Part shown: one piece after another, positions 23,148 to 36,626 of the stretch
Numbering within the stretch: the stretch's first letter is position 1
How the letters are laid out: each line of letters opens with the position of its first letter
Notes under the pieces: generated by a model
The model's input: the letters and a program-made list of their open reading frames with translations, nothing else
What the model was told of the DNA's origin: nothing
Databases searched by the model: none
Position numbers and translations under genes: made by a program
Origin: Octopus vulgaris
Lineage: Eukaryota
Assembly: GCA_951406725.2 (NCBI GenBank)
Contig: OX597826.1
Coordinates: 69,936,001-70,000,000 of the forward strand
Direction: 5' to 3'
Length of the DNA: 64,000 nucleotides

Positions 23148-23994
23148 TATATATATATATATATGCGTGTGTGTATGTACGTACGTATGTATATATGTGT
23201 ACACACACACGTATGTGTGTCTGTCTGTCTGTCTATCTTTTTGCGAACACGATTGATGAGATATCGAAAATATCGAACGACACAAAAAAAATAAATAAAA
23301 TTGCAAAGCCAAAAACACACGCCAAAAAATAACACAAAAAAAATAAACAATGCAAGTAAAAATTAAACAATAAAATTAACCACAACAACAACAACAACAA
23401 CAACGCAAACAACAACCAACAATACCTACAGCAACAACAACAACAACAACAATAACAACGCCGCACAAAATATCGAAATCAAATATAGGAGTCCATTGGA
23501 AATATTCTAACGATAATATTATAGTCTTTTTATAACCTTTCTATTCTTCCGTCCTTAGAATAAAGCCAGGTAAACCATTTTGTTTGATGCTTTCTTCGAG
23601 ATATCCGATTCTCATTTCATAATGAGTTCCATGGCAATATTATCATTTGCATCAATACAGTCGCCATCATTGAATACTCGTCATTGGATTCTTCCAATTC
23701 TTCCTCTCTATGAAAAATTTACGAGAACCTACAACATTTTTCTATTCTTCTCTCTTGAATTCTCTGTTGAAAATTTTTTGTTTTTGATTTGTTTTTTTTT
23801 CTGTATTTTTTTGCTTTTTGGTTGTTGTTGTTTTTTTCTTATATTTTCACTATCGAATTTCTGTTGTTGTTGTTTTTTGTTGTTGTTCTTTTCTTTGTCT
23901 TATTATATGTTTTTGTTTCGTTTTTTTTTTAAATATGTAGATTATTACAAAAAAATAATAATAATAATAATAAAGAACGTTTATAACTTGTTAA

Positions 23995-24050
23995 CAGATG
24001 AGGATCATTATAATAACTTAACAGATGTTGATGACGGTGATGATGAAGAC

Positions 24051-24087
<37 letters not shown>

Positions 24088-24404
24088 GTGCTGCTGGTGG
24101 TGGTAGTGGTGGTGGTGATGATGAGGAGGAGGAGGATGATGAGGATGAGGATGACGATAATGACGACGATGACGACGATGATGATGATGGCGATGATAAT
24201 GAAGATGATGATGATGATGATGATAATGATGACGATAATGACGGTGACGACAATGATGATGATGATGATGACAACGATGATGATAACGATTACCATGATT
24301 ATGGTGATGATTTTTATTACTATCATTATGATGATAATGATGATGATAACGATGATGATGATGACGATGATGACGATGATGATGATGATGATGATGATGA
24401 TGAC

Positions 24405-24469
<65 letters not shown>

Positions 24470-24630
24470 CGATGAGGAGGAGGATGATGATGAAGATGAT
24501 GACGATGATGACAATGATATCGACGATGAGAATGATGAAGATGATGATGTTGGTGGTGGCGGTGGTAGCGATGGTGATTGTTAAGACGATGATGTGGTGA
24601 TAATGTTTGACTGATAACGATAACGATAAT
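23995..24630. repeat. Long degenerate (GAT/GAC/GAG/GGT)n tract
   Basis: Direct reading. Confidence 0.95.
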
Positions 24631-24659
24631 TAGAAAAAAATTTCTTTCCAAGTTTGTCT

Positions 24660-24990
24660 AAGGGGCAGCAGTTTTGAGTGTTGTGGGAAATCGATTACAT
24701 CGACCGCCACCGCCATCACCACCCCAACACGGTACTCAAATGGTACTAGTTTTATCGACCCCGAAAGTATGAAAGGCAAAGTCGAATTCGGCGGGATTTG
24801 ATCTCAGAGCGTAAAGATCGAACAAACACCGTAAAGCATTTTGTTCGACGCCCGAACGATTCTTGCCACCTCGATTATATCGACTTCGGTGTTTGATTGG
24901 TTCTTTATTTTATCGACCCCCAAAAAGATGAAAGGCAAAGGCGACTTCGGCGCTAAGCATTTTTCCCGGCATGCGAACATTTCTGCCAGC
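24660..24990 (-). mobile_element. Degenerate SINE family B fragments (two)
   Basis: TTTATCGACCCC.AAAG.ATGAAAGGCAAAG appears twice. Confidence 0.7.
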
Positions 24991-24992
24991 CT

Positions 24993-25103
24993 TAATAATA
25001 ATAATAATAACAACAACAACAACAAGAATAATAATAATAACAACAACAACAGCAGCAGCAACAATAACAAGAACAACAACAGCAAGAAGAAGAAGAAGAA
25101 GAA

Positions 25104-25150
<47 letters not shown>

Positions 25151-25326
25151 AGAAGAAGAAGAAGAAGAAGAAGAAGAAGAAGAAGAAGAAGAAGAAGAAG
25201 AAGAAGAAGAAGAAGAAGAAGAAGAAGAAGAAGAAGAAGAAGAAGAAGAAGAAGAAGAAGAAGAAGAAGAAGAAGAAGAAGAAGAAGAAGAAGAAGAAGA
25301 AGAAGAAGAAGAAGAAGAAGAAGAAG

Positions 25327-25355
<29 letters not shown>
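24993..25355. repeat. (AAT/AAC) tract followed by an almost pure (GAA)~90 tract
   Basis: GAA run 25084-25355 with a single GAG interruption. Confidence 0.97.
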
Positions 25356-25359
<4 letters not shown>

Positions 25360-25360
25360 A

Positions 25361-25685
25361 ACATAAAATACAGACTAGACAACACAGCAGAAAGTGATAA
25401 GTGCAGAATCTGTGGAGAAAATGGTGAAACCGTATAGTATATTACCAGTCAATGTACGCCACTAGCCTAGAAGGAATATAAGAGACGTCACGACAATATA
25501 TCAAGGCTTGTCCATTAGACGCTTTGCAACAAGTATGGTCTTGACAGAGCAAAAACTTAGCTCGACCACAAACCTGGACGCATCATCGAAAATGATAAAG
25601 CAAAGATCCTGTGGAATTTTATGATTCAGTACAACCATGAGATAGAGAATAGGAAGCCAGACATAGTCTGAACTGAGAAAGAAAG
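25361..25685 (+). mobile_element. Decayed R4/Dong-like fragment (zinc knuckle, RHD and start of RLE)
   Basis: IKYRLDNTAESDKCRICGENGETV*YITSQCTPLA*KEYKRRHDNISRLVH*...KILWNFMIQYNHEIENRKPDIV; multiple stops. Confidence 0.82.
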
Positions 25686-25689
25686 CAAA

Positions 25690-26102
25690 CGTTTGTCTGT
25701 CCTTGTTTGTCCCCTCTGTGTTTAGCCCCTTGTGTGTAGTAAAGAAATAGGGGTTTCGTCTGCCGCTACGTTCTGAGTTCAAATTCCGCCGAGGTCGACT
25801 TTGCCTTTCATCCTTTCAGGGTCGATTAAATAAGTACCAGTTACGCACTGGGGTCGATATAATCGACTTAATCCGTTTGTCTGTCCTTGTTTGCCCTCTC
25901 TGTGTTGAGCCCCTTGTGGGTTGTAAAGAAATAGGTATTTCATCTGTCTTTACGTTCTGAGTTCGAATTCCGCCGAGGTCGACTTAGCTTTTCATCCTTT
26001 CGGGCTCGATAAATTAAATACCAGTTGCGTACCGGGGTCGATCTAATCGACTGCCCCCACTCCGCCAAAACTTCGGGCCTTGTGCCTAGATTAGAAAAGA
26101 TT
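25690..26102 (+). mobile_element. SINE family B, tandem body multimer
   Basis: The body unit (..TTTCGTCTG..GAGTTCAAATTCCGCC..AAAGAAATAGG) repeats about 2.3 times. Confidence 0.83.
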
Positions 26103-26893
26103 ATATATGCATGCTCTGATTAAGGTAATGTGTCATTGAAAAACACTAGGACTCACCAGTTTTATTCAAAACATATTTCGATTCTAGTCACCATTACAGT
26201 TCCATGTTTTTTTATTTCTGTTTTTTTTTTTTTTTTTCAGATAGCGACAATTTCACTTCCCCAAAAGGCACATGTACAACATGGATGATGTGTAGCATGA
26301 ATGGGCCAATGCCTTCGCTGTAATTGTAATGTAATAGTTATTAATGCCTAATACTCAGTCTCATGGTGAGTAGCTTGTTTCTGGCCTGTTCCATAGAATG
26401 GAATTCCATTTTTGTACAAATTTGTACGCATTTTTTGCAATACACATATTTCATTTACATAACACATTCGTTTTATATAGGAAGCATTCGGAAACCATGT
26501 CATTGTTCCGAATAAAGAAGTCCACCGCACTTGTTTTGGTTGTACTTCTTTTAGATTACTTTTCTGGTGTAGGGAGGTTCTTTCTTCAAGAAAGAAGGTC
26601 AAAGATTTTCTGGGAGATTTGGACATGGCGCTCTTCACCTTCTTCTTTTCACCTTAGTTTCCTCAGCGCTTCGGGTCCAAAGCCAACATATTGCTCTTAC
26701 TACCACAGCTATAACAACTTTGTGCCCCTTGCCATCGACCTTATGCTTCGGATTTCTACTCCCTCGCACACCTAGCACACCTCCGGTATGACTTTGTGGG
26801 TTCGTGCGGTATTATAGCTCATAGGTCTATCTTGACCACCTCCCTATGACCATGCATGTTCTCTTTACCCGCCCATACAACAGCAACAACGAT

Positions 26894-27196
26894 GTGGAGG
26901 CACATGGCCTAGTGGTAAGAGCAACGGACTCGCGATCGAGAGATAGCGGGTTCGAATCTCAGACCGGGTGATGTGTGTGTTTATGAGCGAAACACCTAAG
27001 CTCCACGCGGCTCCGGCAGAAGATAATGCCGGAACTTCTGCTGACTCTTTCGCCACAACATTCTCTCACTCTTTCCTCCTGCATCTTGCAGCTCACCTGC
27101 GACGGACCGGCGTCCCGTCCAGTTAGAGAACCTATACGCCAAGGAAACCGGGAAACTAGCCCCAATAAGCCAGGCATGGCTGGAGAAGGAACAAAA
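26894..27196 (+). mobile_element. SINE with family C-like head and family D-like central/3' domain; 9-bp TSD
   Basis: Head GTGGAGGCACATGGCCTAGTGG..GGACTCGCG, then CCTGCGACGGACCGGCGTCCCGTCCAG and GAAACCGGGAAAC. CAACAACGA at 26884-26892 and 27197-27205. Confidence 0.8.
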
Positions 27197-27667
27197 CAAC
27201 AACGAGGTAAGGGGTCAGCATCTTGACCAATGCCCATTATTTTCACCTTTGCGTTTCTATGGTCCAAGTACTAGGGCACAAATGTAAAGCCGGGTGTGTA
27301 ACACGCAATTTCAGTTTCTTATTTTACTGTCTTCGGTTCTACCTACAATGCAGACAGCCTCGAGATCTTTATTCAGTTAGATGTCAAGCATCTCGCTCTG
27401 AACATCCAATAAATCCTCTTCCAGTTGCTGTTTTGAGAGCAACTAAAATCCACCGCCATTTTGTTTATTTTCATCATTTATTTTTTAGAGTGTAATAAAA
27501 AAGTGTATTTCTTCTTTGCCAATATTTTTATATACTATTCTGCCTGGTGAGACTTGGCGTACGTCTGCTCATGTCCATTTTGTTTCTTTTTTTTTTCTAT
27601 CTTCGGTTGGACTAACAACGCAGTTAAAACTGACGGCTTTCAGAAACATTCTGTTAATACGATCCTG

Positions 27668-28086
<419 letters not shown>

Positions 28087-29192
28087 GAAATCGTCGGTGT
28101 TGTTGCCGATATTACTTGCAGTATTGGTCATATTTTGTGTTCCAGCGTTAATAATAAAATAGAATTATCAGCTTTTTTACATTTATTGAGCTGTGCGTGC
28201 TTACGCATTAAATAACGTTAATTTTTTGTCTTTACATTTCTTTTTTTTTTCTCGTGTTCTGTTCATTATTAGTTTTGGGGCGTTTCCATTTGCAACTGTG
28301 GTTGTAGACGCCATTTTGCTATGCATATGTCAACAAAGAACTAAATAAGAAAAGTTTTTTAAAAAAAAAAAAACAGGGTCTCTGGATTTCTCCAAATAGT
28401 GTTCCCTTGTGAAATAATTCAAGGGAACAAGAAAATTATCTCCGTTCAGAAATAATACAGTTACAATCAAAATCATCAGAGCTAACGAGGAACAAAAAAA
28501 AAAAAGGAAAAAATAACACAACATAGTGAAAATTTAAAAAAAAAACAATTCTCACTATTGACTAAAAAGCGCAAGATTCAAAGCCGGGTCTAGGGAACTG
28601 ACTCTTGATAGTGGTTGAAGATCAAAGAAGTTTCGCTAAAAAAAAAACTACTAAAAACTAAAAACTACTAATAAATACAATACATTAATTGAAGAATATG
28701 AAGAGGTTGGAAAGAAATGGTAAACTACATTGTTTCTAGCAAGAGAGGTTATGTCTGCAGGCGTGTAATATTTGGTCTTTGATGTACAGGAAATTATGTC
28801 AGCATTGTGTTACGCCAATAACAAGAAAATGGTATAAACAGACGCCATGGCACTATTAGAGATCTCTGAGAATGACAAAGCAATCATTCATAGAAATCTG
28901 AAAGATTTTCTTGGAGACTGGAATGTGGTGCTCTTATCCAGCTACTGTTACCAAAACGAAATATAATGTAGGGTTCCATCTGCCTATGGGTAGAAGATAA
29001 CCACCCCTTTTGCTACACGAGGCAGGATTAGAAAGGTAAATTTGAAAAAGCTGCATACAGCACGTATATGTCTTCATTTATTTTGCTTTCTGTCTCGAAG
29101 TTCTTTCAAATTCTAGTGGATGGTAACAATTTATAGCACCATTTCATTCTTTTTAGAAATCTTCGGCAATATATAAACACTAACTTATTTAT

Positions 29193-29731
29193 TACGAGGG
29201 GGTGTATGAAAAGTTTTGAGCCTAACCTAGAAACAGGGCTGCTAGGGAGCTGAAACAATTTTTTCTGGTAAGTACAGTCTTTTCGGAGTATTCTTGCTCA
29301 TTTTCATGATTCTGATATTTTAATTTTTTTTTGCAGATTTTTGAATAAACAAGTGTCAAGGTTACAAGGAAAATGGAGAAAACTGAGTATTGTGCTGTCA
29401 TAAATAACCTTCATTTGAAAGGCATGACTCCATCAGAAACCCATGAAGATATGGTGGGAACCTTAACAGACAATGCTCCTTCATATGCAAGAGTCAAACG
29501 CTGGGTAAATGAATTCCGGCGTGGCAGGGAGAGTGTGGAAGATGATCCCACATCAGGGAGGCCTCCAACTGCAACCACCGAGGACAACATTGAGGAGAAA
29601 GTGTTCAGCCATCAAAGGGGATTATGCTGAAAAATAAATCATCAGAAGTCTTGTACTATGGTGGTTTTTTTGGGGTTTTTTTGGGTTTTTTTTTTTTTTT
29701 TGAGGCTCAAGACTTTTCAGAAACCCTCGTA
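29193..29731 (+). mobile_element. Internally deleted mariner element (both TIRs and N-terminal HTH of the transposase)
   Basis: TIRs TACGAGGGGGTGTATGAAAAGTTTTGAGCCT / AGGCTCAAGACTTTTCAGAAACCCTCGTA with TA ends. ORF 29373-29630 MEKTEYCAVI...APSYARVKRWVNEFRRGRESVEDDPTSGRP lacks the DDD domain. Confidence 0.9.
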
Positions 29732-30162
29732 GATTTATTACAAAGACAAGAATTTCGTTAAAATTAAAGACGACACTAATTACAACCTGGAGAAATCCAT
29801 TGATTTAAAAAAATTTTTTTTTTTTTTGATTTGTTTGGTGGTGGGGGGCTTCTTTTGTGTGTGTGTGTGTGTGTGTGTGTTCCTTTTTTTCCAAGAACGC
29901 TGGTTGTTTAGGAATCTCGAGAAAGATTAGTGATTGCGTTCGAAGTAGTAGCTGTTTCCAAGGGAAGAAAATATTTGCTTGACGAATAAACACGTGTTGT
30001 TTCTTTTATTTTTATCGTTTAGCCCCCAGAAACGTGGAGCAATTAATCCCCCAAACCTACTCTCCAAGAGACGCAGTAGAACTTGATCAAATATAAGGAT
30101 ATAACGTTTAATTGCAGTTAAAGTAAGGCTTTTGATAAGAGGAGTTGGGAGGTAACATACTA

Positions 30163-30538
30163 GCAATGGCCCAGTGGTTAGGGCAGCGGACTCGCGGTCA
30201 TAGGATCGCGGTTTCGATTCCCAGACCGGGCGTTGTGAGTGTTTATTGAGCGAAAACACCTAAAGCTCCACGAGGCCTCGACAGTGGATGGTGGTGATCC
30301 CTGCTGTACTCTTTCACCACAACTTTCTCTCACTCTTACTTCCTGTTTCTGTTGTACCTGTATTTCAAAGGGCCGGCCTTGTCACTCTCTGTGTCACGCT
30401 GAATATCCCCAAGAACTACGTTAAGGGTACACGTGTCTGTGAAGTGCTCAGCCACTTACACGTTAATTTCACGAGCAGGCTGTTCCGTTGATTCGGATCA
30501 ACCGGAACTCTCATCGTCGTAACCGACGGAGTGCTTCC
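30163..30538 (+). mobile_element. SINE family C, near full length
   Basis: GCAATGGCCCAGTGGTTAGGGCAGCGGACTCGCGG..GGTTTCGATTCC...CGTAACCGACGGAGTGC. Confidence 0.88.
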
Positions 30539-31246
30539 ACCAGTCCACTATTTAAGAATGTAACACAGAAGTGATTCCCAAAACTCAGTCAGTCTTCAAT
30601 GGCGCGACAGCAACAATGATTATGATGAATTCTGATAAATATTAAAGTTTGGTCTAACTACAGTTAAATGAGGGCTCGGACTCGGAGGGGGAGAAGGAGA
30701 AGTAAGAGGGGGAGGGGGGTTAACAGGTGTTATTACTGGCAATGTAGACATGTCTATCCAATGACACAGTATCCGATGAAATGGCAGTGTTGATAACAAA
30801 AGTGTGAAATACGCGTGTCAGCCGTGCGCTCAACGTCTCGCGGTGATGGGATGGCGCGGTGTTTGGACAAGATAGGACGGGATTGGATAGGATAGGATAG
30901 GATAGGATAGGGTGGAAGGCGGACAGAGAAAGCGATGAGGTAAGCTTGTTGATAGGTCAATGTGTTTGTGTTTCAGCGTGTGTCTGTATGTCTATATGTG
31001 TGTATGATCGTTTGCTTGTTTGCCTGTTTGTGTCTGTGTGTTGGTGTGTGTTGGTGTGTGGTGCTTGTGTGATGTGTGTGATGTGTGTGTGCTTGTTGGT
31101 GTGTATGTCTGAGGTGTCTGTATGATTGTGTGTCTGTGTCGGTGCGTCTGTCAAGGAATGTTTCGAGCAAGAAGCACTGGTTGGAGGTGTGAAGTACGAA
31201 GTAAGGCCAATAGGAAATAGACAATGAGAAACTGTCTATGTAAATA

Positions 31247-31280
<34 letters not shown>

Positions 31281-32426
31281 TGTATAAGTGCGTTTGCATA
31301 TACATATATATATATATACATATATATATAAACACATACGCTTGTGAGTGCATATATGTATTTATATACACTCACACATACAAACAAATGCATGTACATA
31401 TACACACAGACACACATACTCGAACACATATATATACATACATACACACACATACATATATATATGTTTATATGTGTGTGTGTTTGTGTGTGTGTGCGTG
31501 CGTGTGTGTGCGTGTGAGTGTGTGTGTGTGTGTATGTGTGAGTACTCTTGATGCACGTACATGTTAATATACGTATGGCGGGTGTACGTCTGTATGTGTA
31601 AAACTATGTACGTATGCATGGATGCCTATGTGAATAACGTAAAAACAAAATTACAAAACAACGGTGATCTCACATCCGCTGCCCACCCGTCCGCTTGAGC
31701 AACAGCATCAACAACGACATCAGCAGCAACAAGATCAATAAAAAGCGAATTTACATAAAGGGAACTCTGGCCTAAAACTCTAGTAAATGTATTTTACAAA
31801 GCCTACTAAATATTCACCCGAAACACCACCAAATATCAACAGTGACAAATAAATCACAAAATTTACACGCTTTTATAGTCCTTACAATTATTAAACGATT
31901 GAGAAACAGGAAGTGCCATTGTTACCTCCCTTTTTGACATCACAACTCCGCATAAAATATATTTGAAAGTAACGCTTCCCACACGGAAAAAAATAAAATT
32001 TTCTGAAGATGACACCAAAGCTTGAAAAAACTCTGCAATACGAACGACATTAAAGGCGTTAGGAAAAATAAAACACTTGTTTTGTTTTGTTTTGAACGAA
32101 AAAATGTTTATGATCACACACGATCTTCACAGAGTAAATAATTCAGGAAAGATATTTTACTGCCAGACCAAAGAACACACAGTATTTCAAATTATATTTA
32201 AAGATCTGACTATACAAACATTTTCATAACGAGTGTAGTCTTCTAAAAGCTATACAAAAACAACTTGCATTTAATACGGAATTAAACGGAGGCAATGAAT
32301 CCACGATTTGCTTATTGCTGGAATGAGACTATTGGGCGCAGCTGTTTGGATGCTTGCTGTTTGGCACAGCTGAGTGGATATTGGATCCGTTTTGGTGATG
32401 CCTTGTCAGTAACAGTGCTTTTCTAA

Positions 32427-32903
32427 TCTTTATATATAAAAGTAAGGTTGTGTGTCTGTCTTCTACGATTTAGATTCCTAACTACTCCCACATTTTGCGG
32501 TGCAGTTTAACCAAAACCGGGTATCTTATAGTCGTGATTCATATCGAGCCGTTCTGGGTATTAGCGCGCGTCTACGATGAGTCTACGATTTAAAAAAAAA
32601 TTTACCATCATTTTTACCATCATTACGATGAGTCTACGATTTTACCATCATTACGATGAGTCTACGATTTAAAAAAAAATTTACCATCATTTTTTTCCAT
32701 TTTAATGCATTTTTTTCGCTATTATACAAGGGAAGTAACTCTCTAAAAATGTCTACGATGAGTCAATGATTTAAAAAAAAATTTACCATCATTTTTTTCC
32801 CATTTTAATGCATTTTTTGGCTATTTTTTGGCTATAACTCTCTAAAAATGCTTATATAGTTATTTCCCTTACAAACCCGAGCAACGCCGGGCGATACTGC
32901 TAG
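32427..32903 (+). mobile_element. Non-autonomous Helitron-type element with an internal minisatellite
   Basis: A|TCTTTATATATAAAAG ... CCCGAGCAACGCCGGGCGATACTGCTAG|T; internal repeats of TCTACGATGAGTCTACGATTTAAAAAAAATTTACCATCATT. Confidence 0.82.
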
Positions 32904-33024
32904 TGTTACATAAGACACAGAGAGGGAGAGAGAGAGAGAGAGAGACGTGTTGTGGTCATTTAATACATCTTATTTATATATAAGCGACAGAGGCACTATT
33001 AATACCGAGGGGTAATGTGTATCC

Positions 33025-33260
33025 CGGAGGCGCAATGGCCCGGTAGTTAGGGCAGCAGACTCGCAGTCGGAGGATCGCCGGTTCGATTCCCAGACCTGGC
33101 GTTGTGTGTGTTTATTGAGTGAAAACACCTAAAAGGCTCCACGAGGCTCGGGCAGGAGGTGGTGGCGACCCCGTTGTACTCTTTCGCCACAACTTTCTCT
33201 CACTCTCTCTTCCTGTTTCTTGAGTAACACTATGCTGGACTGGCGTCCCGTCCACTGGGG
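33025..33260 (+). mobile_element. SINE with family C head and D-like domain, 3'-truncated
   Basis: GGAGGCGCAATGGCCCGGTAGTTAGGGC...TGGACTGGCGTCCCGTCCA. Confidence 0.75.
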
Positions 33261-33487
33261 TACAGAAACATGACGAGTTTTACTCAAGAACAGCGTACAC
33301 TCCCCACCCAGGCTAGGAATCGAAATAATTAATTTATGATCATGCGTCCAACACTCTAACCACTAGGCCATGTATCTTCACCAATATATCCCAATTGCAT
33401 ATTTATCATTATATACGCCATTACTTACACGACTATATACACAGTACTACACACCACAATATCACTCTACGGAATCCCATCGTACAC

Positions 33488-33520
<33 letters not shown>

Positions 33521-34521
33521 AACACACACACACGTATGGATACGTACATACATATACACATAATATGCATATATATATACATATACCTATATATATACAT
33601 ACATACACACACACATATATTCATACAAACACACACATGTATGTATGTATATATATATATATATATATATCTGTGTGTGTTCGTATGTGTAATATATGTA
33701 TGTATGTAATATAAGTATGTATGTATGTATGTATGTATGTATGTATGTATGTATGCATGTATGTATGCATGTATGTATGCATGTATGTATGTATGTATGT
33801 ATGCGTATGTATGTATATATGTATGTATGTATGTATGTATACATGTATGTATGTATGTGTATGTATGTATATATGCGTATGTATGTATGTTTGTATGCAT
33901 GTATGTATGTATGTAAGTATGCATGTATCTATGTATCACTACAACAGCACCGTTATACACACCACCACGGTATACACACCACAATTATATATATATATAT
34001 ATATATATATACATACACACCAGCACTAGAGGCAGCATTACTTTCCAGACTCTGTGGTGCCAAACTGTCAAATGTTATCTAACCAGGTTTTAGAGGAGAA
34101 CAAAACAAAACCATACAATACAGAAAAATACAAATTAAACAAAAAAATGAAAGACACAAAGCTGAACAAAAACAAATAACAAATAAAAGAAAAGAAGTAA
34201 ACGTGATCAGCTGGAGATCCAGTGGAAGAATAATTAGAGCAGTTATTAGAACTACCAACCGATATATCTACCTTTCTAACTATCCACATACCTAGCCACA
34301 TACCTACGTGCATGCCCACCTACCTGCCTGCCTACTTACCTACCTAGCTGCCAAGCTACCTAATTACCTACCTACTATTTATCTGACTGCCTAGCTACCA
34401 AGCGACCTCCCCCCCCACCTATATACATACCAATATTCATTGAGATATATATACATATATATATATGTGTACATGTATATATATGTATATATGTATATAT
34501 ATGTGTGTGTATATGTATATG

Positions 34522-34564
<43 letters not shown>

Positions 34565-34979
34565 GTGTGTGTATGTGTGTGTGTGTATGTTTGTGTGTGT
34601 GTGTATATATATATATGTATATATGTATGTATATATATATATATATGCATGTATGTATGTATGTATGTATGTATGTATGTATGCATGTATATATACTTAA
34701 ACTTGAGCTACCATACCCTCTTCCCTCGGGCGAAAACATCATGGTACAAACACCTCTAGGGACCTTGTTGTAACTGATGACAACAACTTAAGCCGGAGAG
34801 TGTCCCCATAAACAACAAAGTCGATATGGCCCGTAGAGTGTGCTCCTGGATCCTAAGATCTGTCCGGTCTAAAGACGCTCCGACCATTATCCTTCTTTTC
34901 TGCACATTCGCATGTTTTTACCTTAACTACTGTTGTCCACTGTGTTCTCCCTACACGAAACAAAATATTAAAAAAGTAC

Positions 34980-35138
34980 ACGCAGGCGAGGCTGTGTGGT
35001 AAGAAGCTTCCTTTCCAACCACATGGTTCCGGGTTCAGTCCCTCTGCGTGGCACCTTGGGTAACTGTCTTCTACTATAACTTCGGGTTGACCAAAGCCTT
35101 ATGAATGGATTTGTCAGATGGAAACTGAAAGTAGCCTG

Positions 35139-35184
<46 letters not shown>

Positions 35185-35420
35185 TGCGCGTGTATCGTTG
35201 GTGATCTTTTCCCTCTGTCTTCCCTTCCTTGGATCTTTCTTCTTCCTATGTTTCTGACGAAGAGCTCCGCTCGAAACGTTAAATCCTCCTTCTTTCAAAA
35301 GAGACCGATAGAATAAGTACTAGACTTACAAAGAATAAATCCTGGGGTCGATTTGCTCGACTAAAGGGGGTGCTCCAGCATGGCCGCAGTCAAATGACTG
35401 AAAAAAGTAAAAGAGTAATA
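34980..35420 (+). mobile_element. SINE family A interrupted by a hammerhead-bearing PLE-like fragment (35190-35295)
   Basis: 5' part at 34980-35140, 3' part at 35296-35420. Confidence 0.78.
35251..35283 (+). ncRNA. Minimal type I hammerhead motif
   Basis: TTT-CTGACGA-A-GAGC TCC GCTC-GAAAC-GTT-AAA. Intact CUGANGA and GAAA; stem III is reduced to the palindrome ACGT, so it could form only in a dimer. Confidence 0.62.
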
Positions 35421-35539
35421 GAGTAAAGTTGTGCACGCAATGTTAAGAAAAAATTACCTAGCACTCCTAAACCATGGATAGAGGTAGGTTCCTTATGCAG
35501 GTACCAAGCAAAGGTAGCCTCAAACAGGAACAGCACAAA

Positions 35540-35671
35540 TATAAAAGTAATATTACTGCCAACACAGAGACATACACTAAAGTTTATGTCAGATCTTTTG
35601 AATCCAAATTTAAAATTCGCCTGAACAACCACAGATCTTCTTTCAGGGTCCCGGAAAGACGCAACACTACT
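35540..35671 (+). mobile_element. GIY-YIG endonuclease fragment of a Penelope-like element
   Basis: YKSNITANTETYTKVYVRSFESKFKIRLNNHRSSFRVPERRNTT resembles the Y..Y(I/V)G..FKxRxxNHxxSF pattern of PLE GIY-YIG domains. Confidence 0.68.
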
Positions 35672-35744
35672 CGGGCCGACGGAAGCTTTGTGAGTGGGTT
35701 TGGTAGACGGAAACTGAAAGAAGCCCGTCGTATATATGTATGTG

Positions 35745-35790
<46 letters not shown>

Positions 35791-36022
35791 TATGTGTGTG
35801 TGTGTCTGTGTTTGTCCCCCACACACACACAACATTGCTTGACAACCGATGCTGGTGTGTTTACGTGCCCGTAACTTAGTGGTTCGGCAAAAGAGGCCGA
35901 TAGAATAAGTACTAGGCTTACAAAGAATAAGTCCTGGGGTCGATTTGCTCGACTAAAGGCGGTGCTCTAGCATGGCCACAGTCAAATGTCTGAAACAAGT
36001 AAAATAGTAAGAGCAAAAGAGT
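35671..36022 (+). mobile_element. SINE family A lacking its head
   Basis: Begins at TCGGGCCGAC; complete tail. Confidence 0.85.
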
Positions 36023-36023
36023 G

Positions 36024-36067
<44 letters not shown>

Positions 36068-36229
36068 TGTGTATAAACATACATACATACATAACCTACT
36101 AACTACTTAGCATCGTAATTACCTCCTACCTGACTAACTGCATACCTACTCACATAGAAACCCAGTCATTCACTGACCTTTCTGTCAACTTATCGGCCTA
36201 AACATATACACAAGCACACATATTATACA

Positions 36230-36293
<64 letters not shown>

Positions 36294-36591
36294 TATACAT
36301 ACATACGTACACATACATGATGGCCGTTTTCCCATTCTCAGGTATAAGATGACGCTGTCGGTACGTCAAGCGATGCCTGTGTATGATGCCATTTAAAGCG
36401 AGGAAAACTTCAATATAAGCCGTACATAATTACTTAATTGCCATATTAACAGACATCCACCCACATACACACCTAAAGAACACGAAAAAAAAACCCAATA
36501 AAGAAAGTAGTCACTATCGTACTAGATGCAGTAAACCGGCAATCTGTAATTAAAATATGAAATTAAAATATGAAATTTTAATTACAACTCT

Positions 36592-36626
36592 GGACACGTT
36601 TCGGTTGTATTAGACCTCATCAGTGC
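36592..36626 (-). ncRNA. Hammerhead-like motif with poor stem I
   Basis: CTGATGA-GGT CTAATACA ACC-GAAAC-GT-GTC. Core, stem II and GUC triplet are canonical; stem I does not pair locally. Confidence 0.42.

Noticed and set aside
23650-23740. Possible minus-strand terminal exon (GSRKFFIERKNWKNPMTSIQ*)
   Set aside because: The acceptor lacks a pyrimidine tract and no upstream exons or homology were recognised
23580-24651. Poly-Asp (334 aa) and poly-His (240 aa) ORFs
   Set aside because: Trinucleotide-repeat artefacts; non-ATG or low-complexity starts, no domain and no supported splice structure
26200-26340. Strong T-tract acceptor (TTTTCAG at 26240)
   Set aside because: No sustained open frame or matching donor downstream
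30163-30235. tRNA-like sequences with A and B boxes (also at 16520-16590, 59290-59360, 60070-60140)
   Set aside because: They are heads of multi-copy SINEs with no complete cloverleaf or acceptor stem, so they are not called tRNA genes
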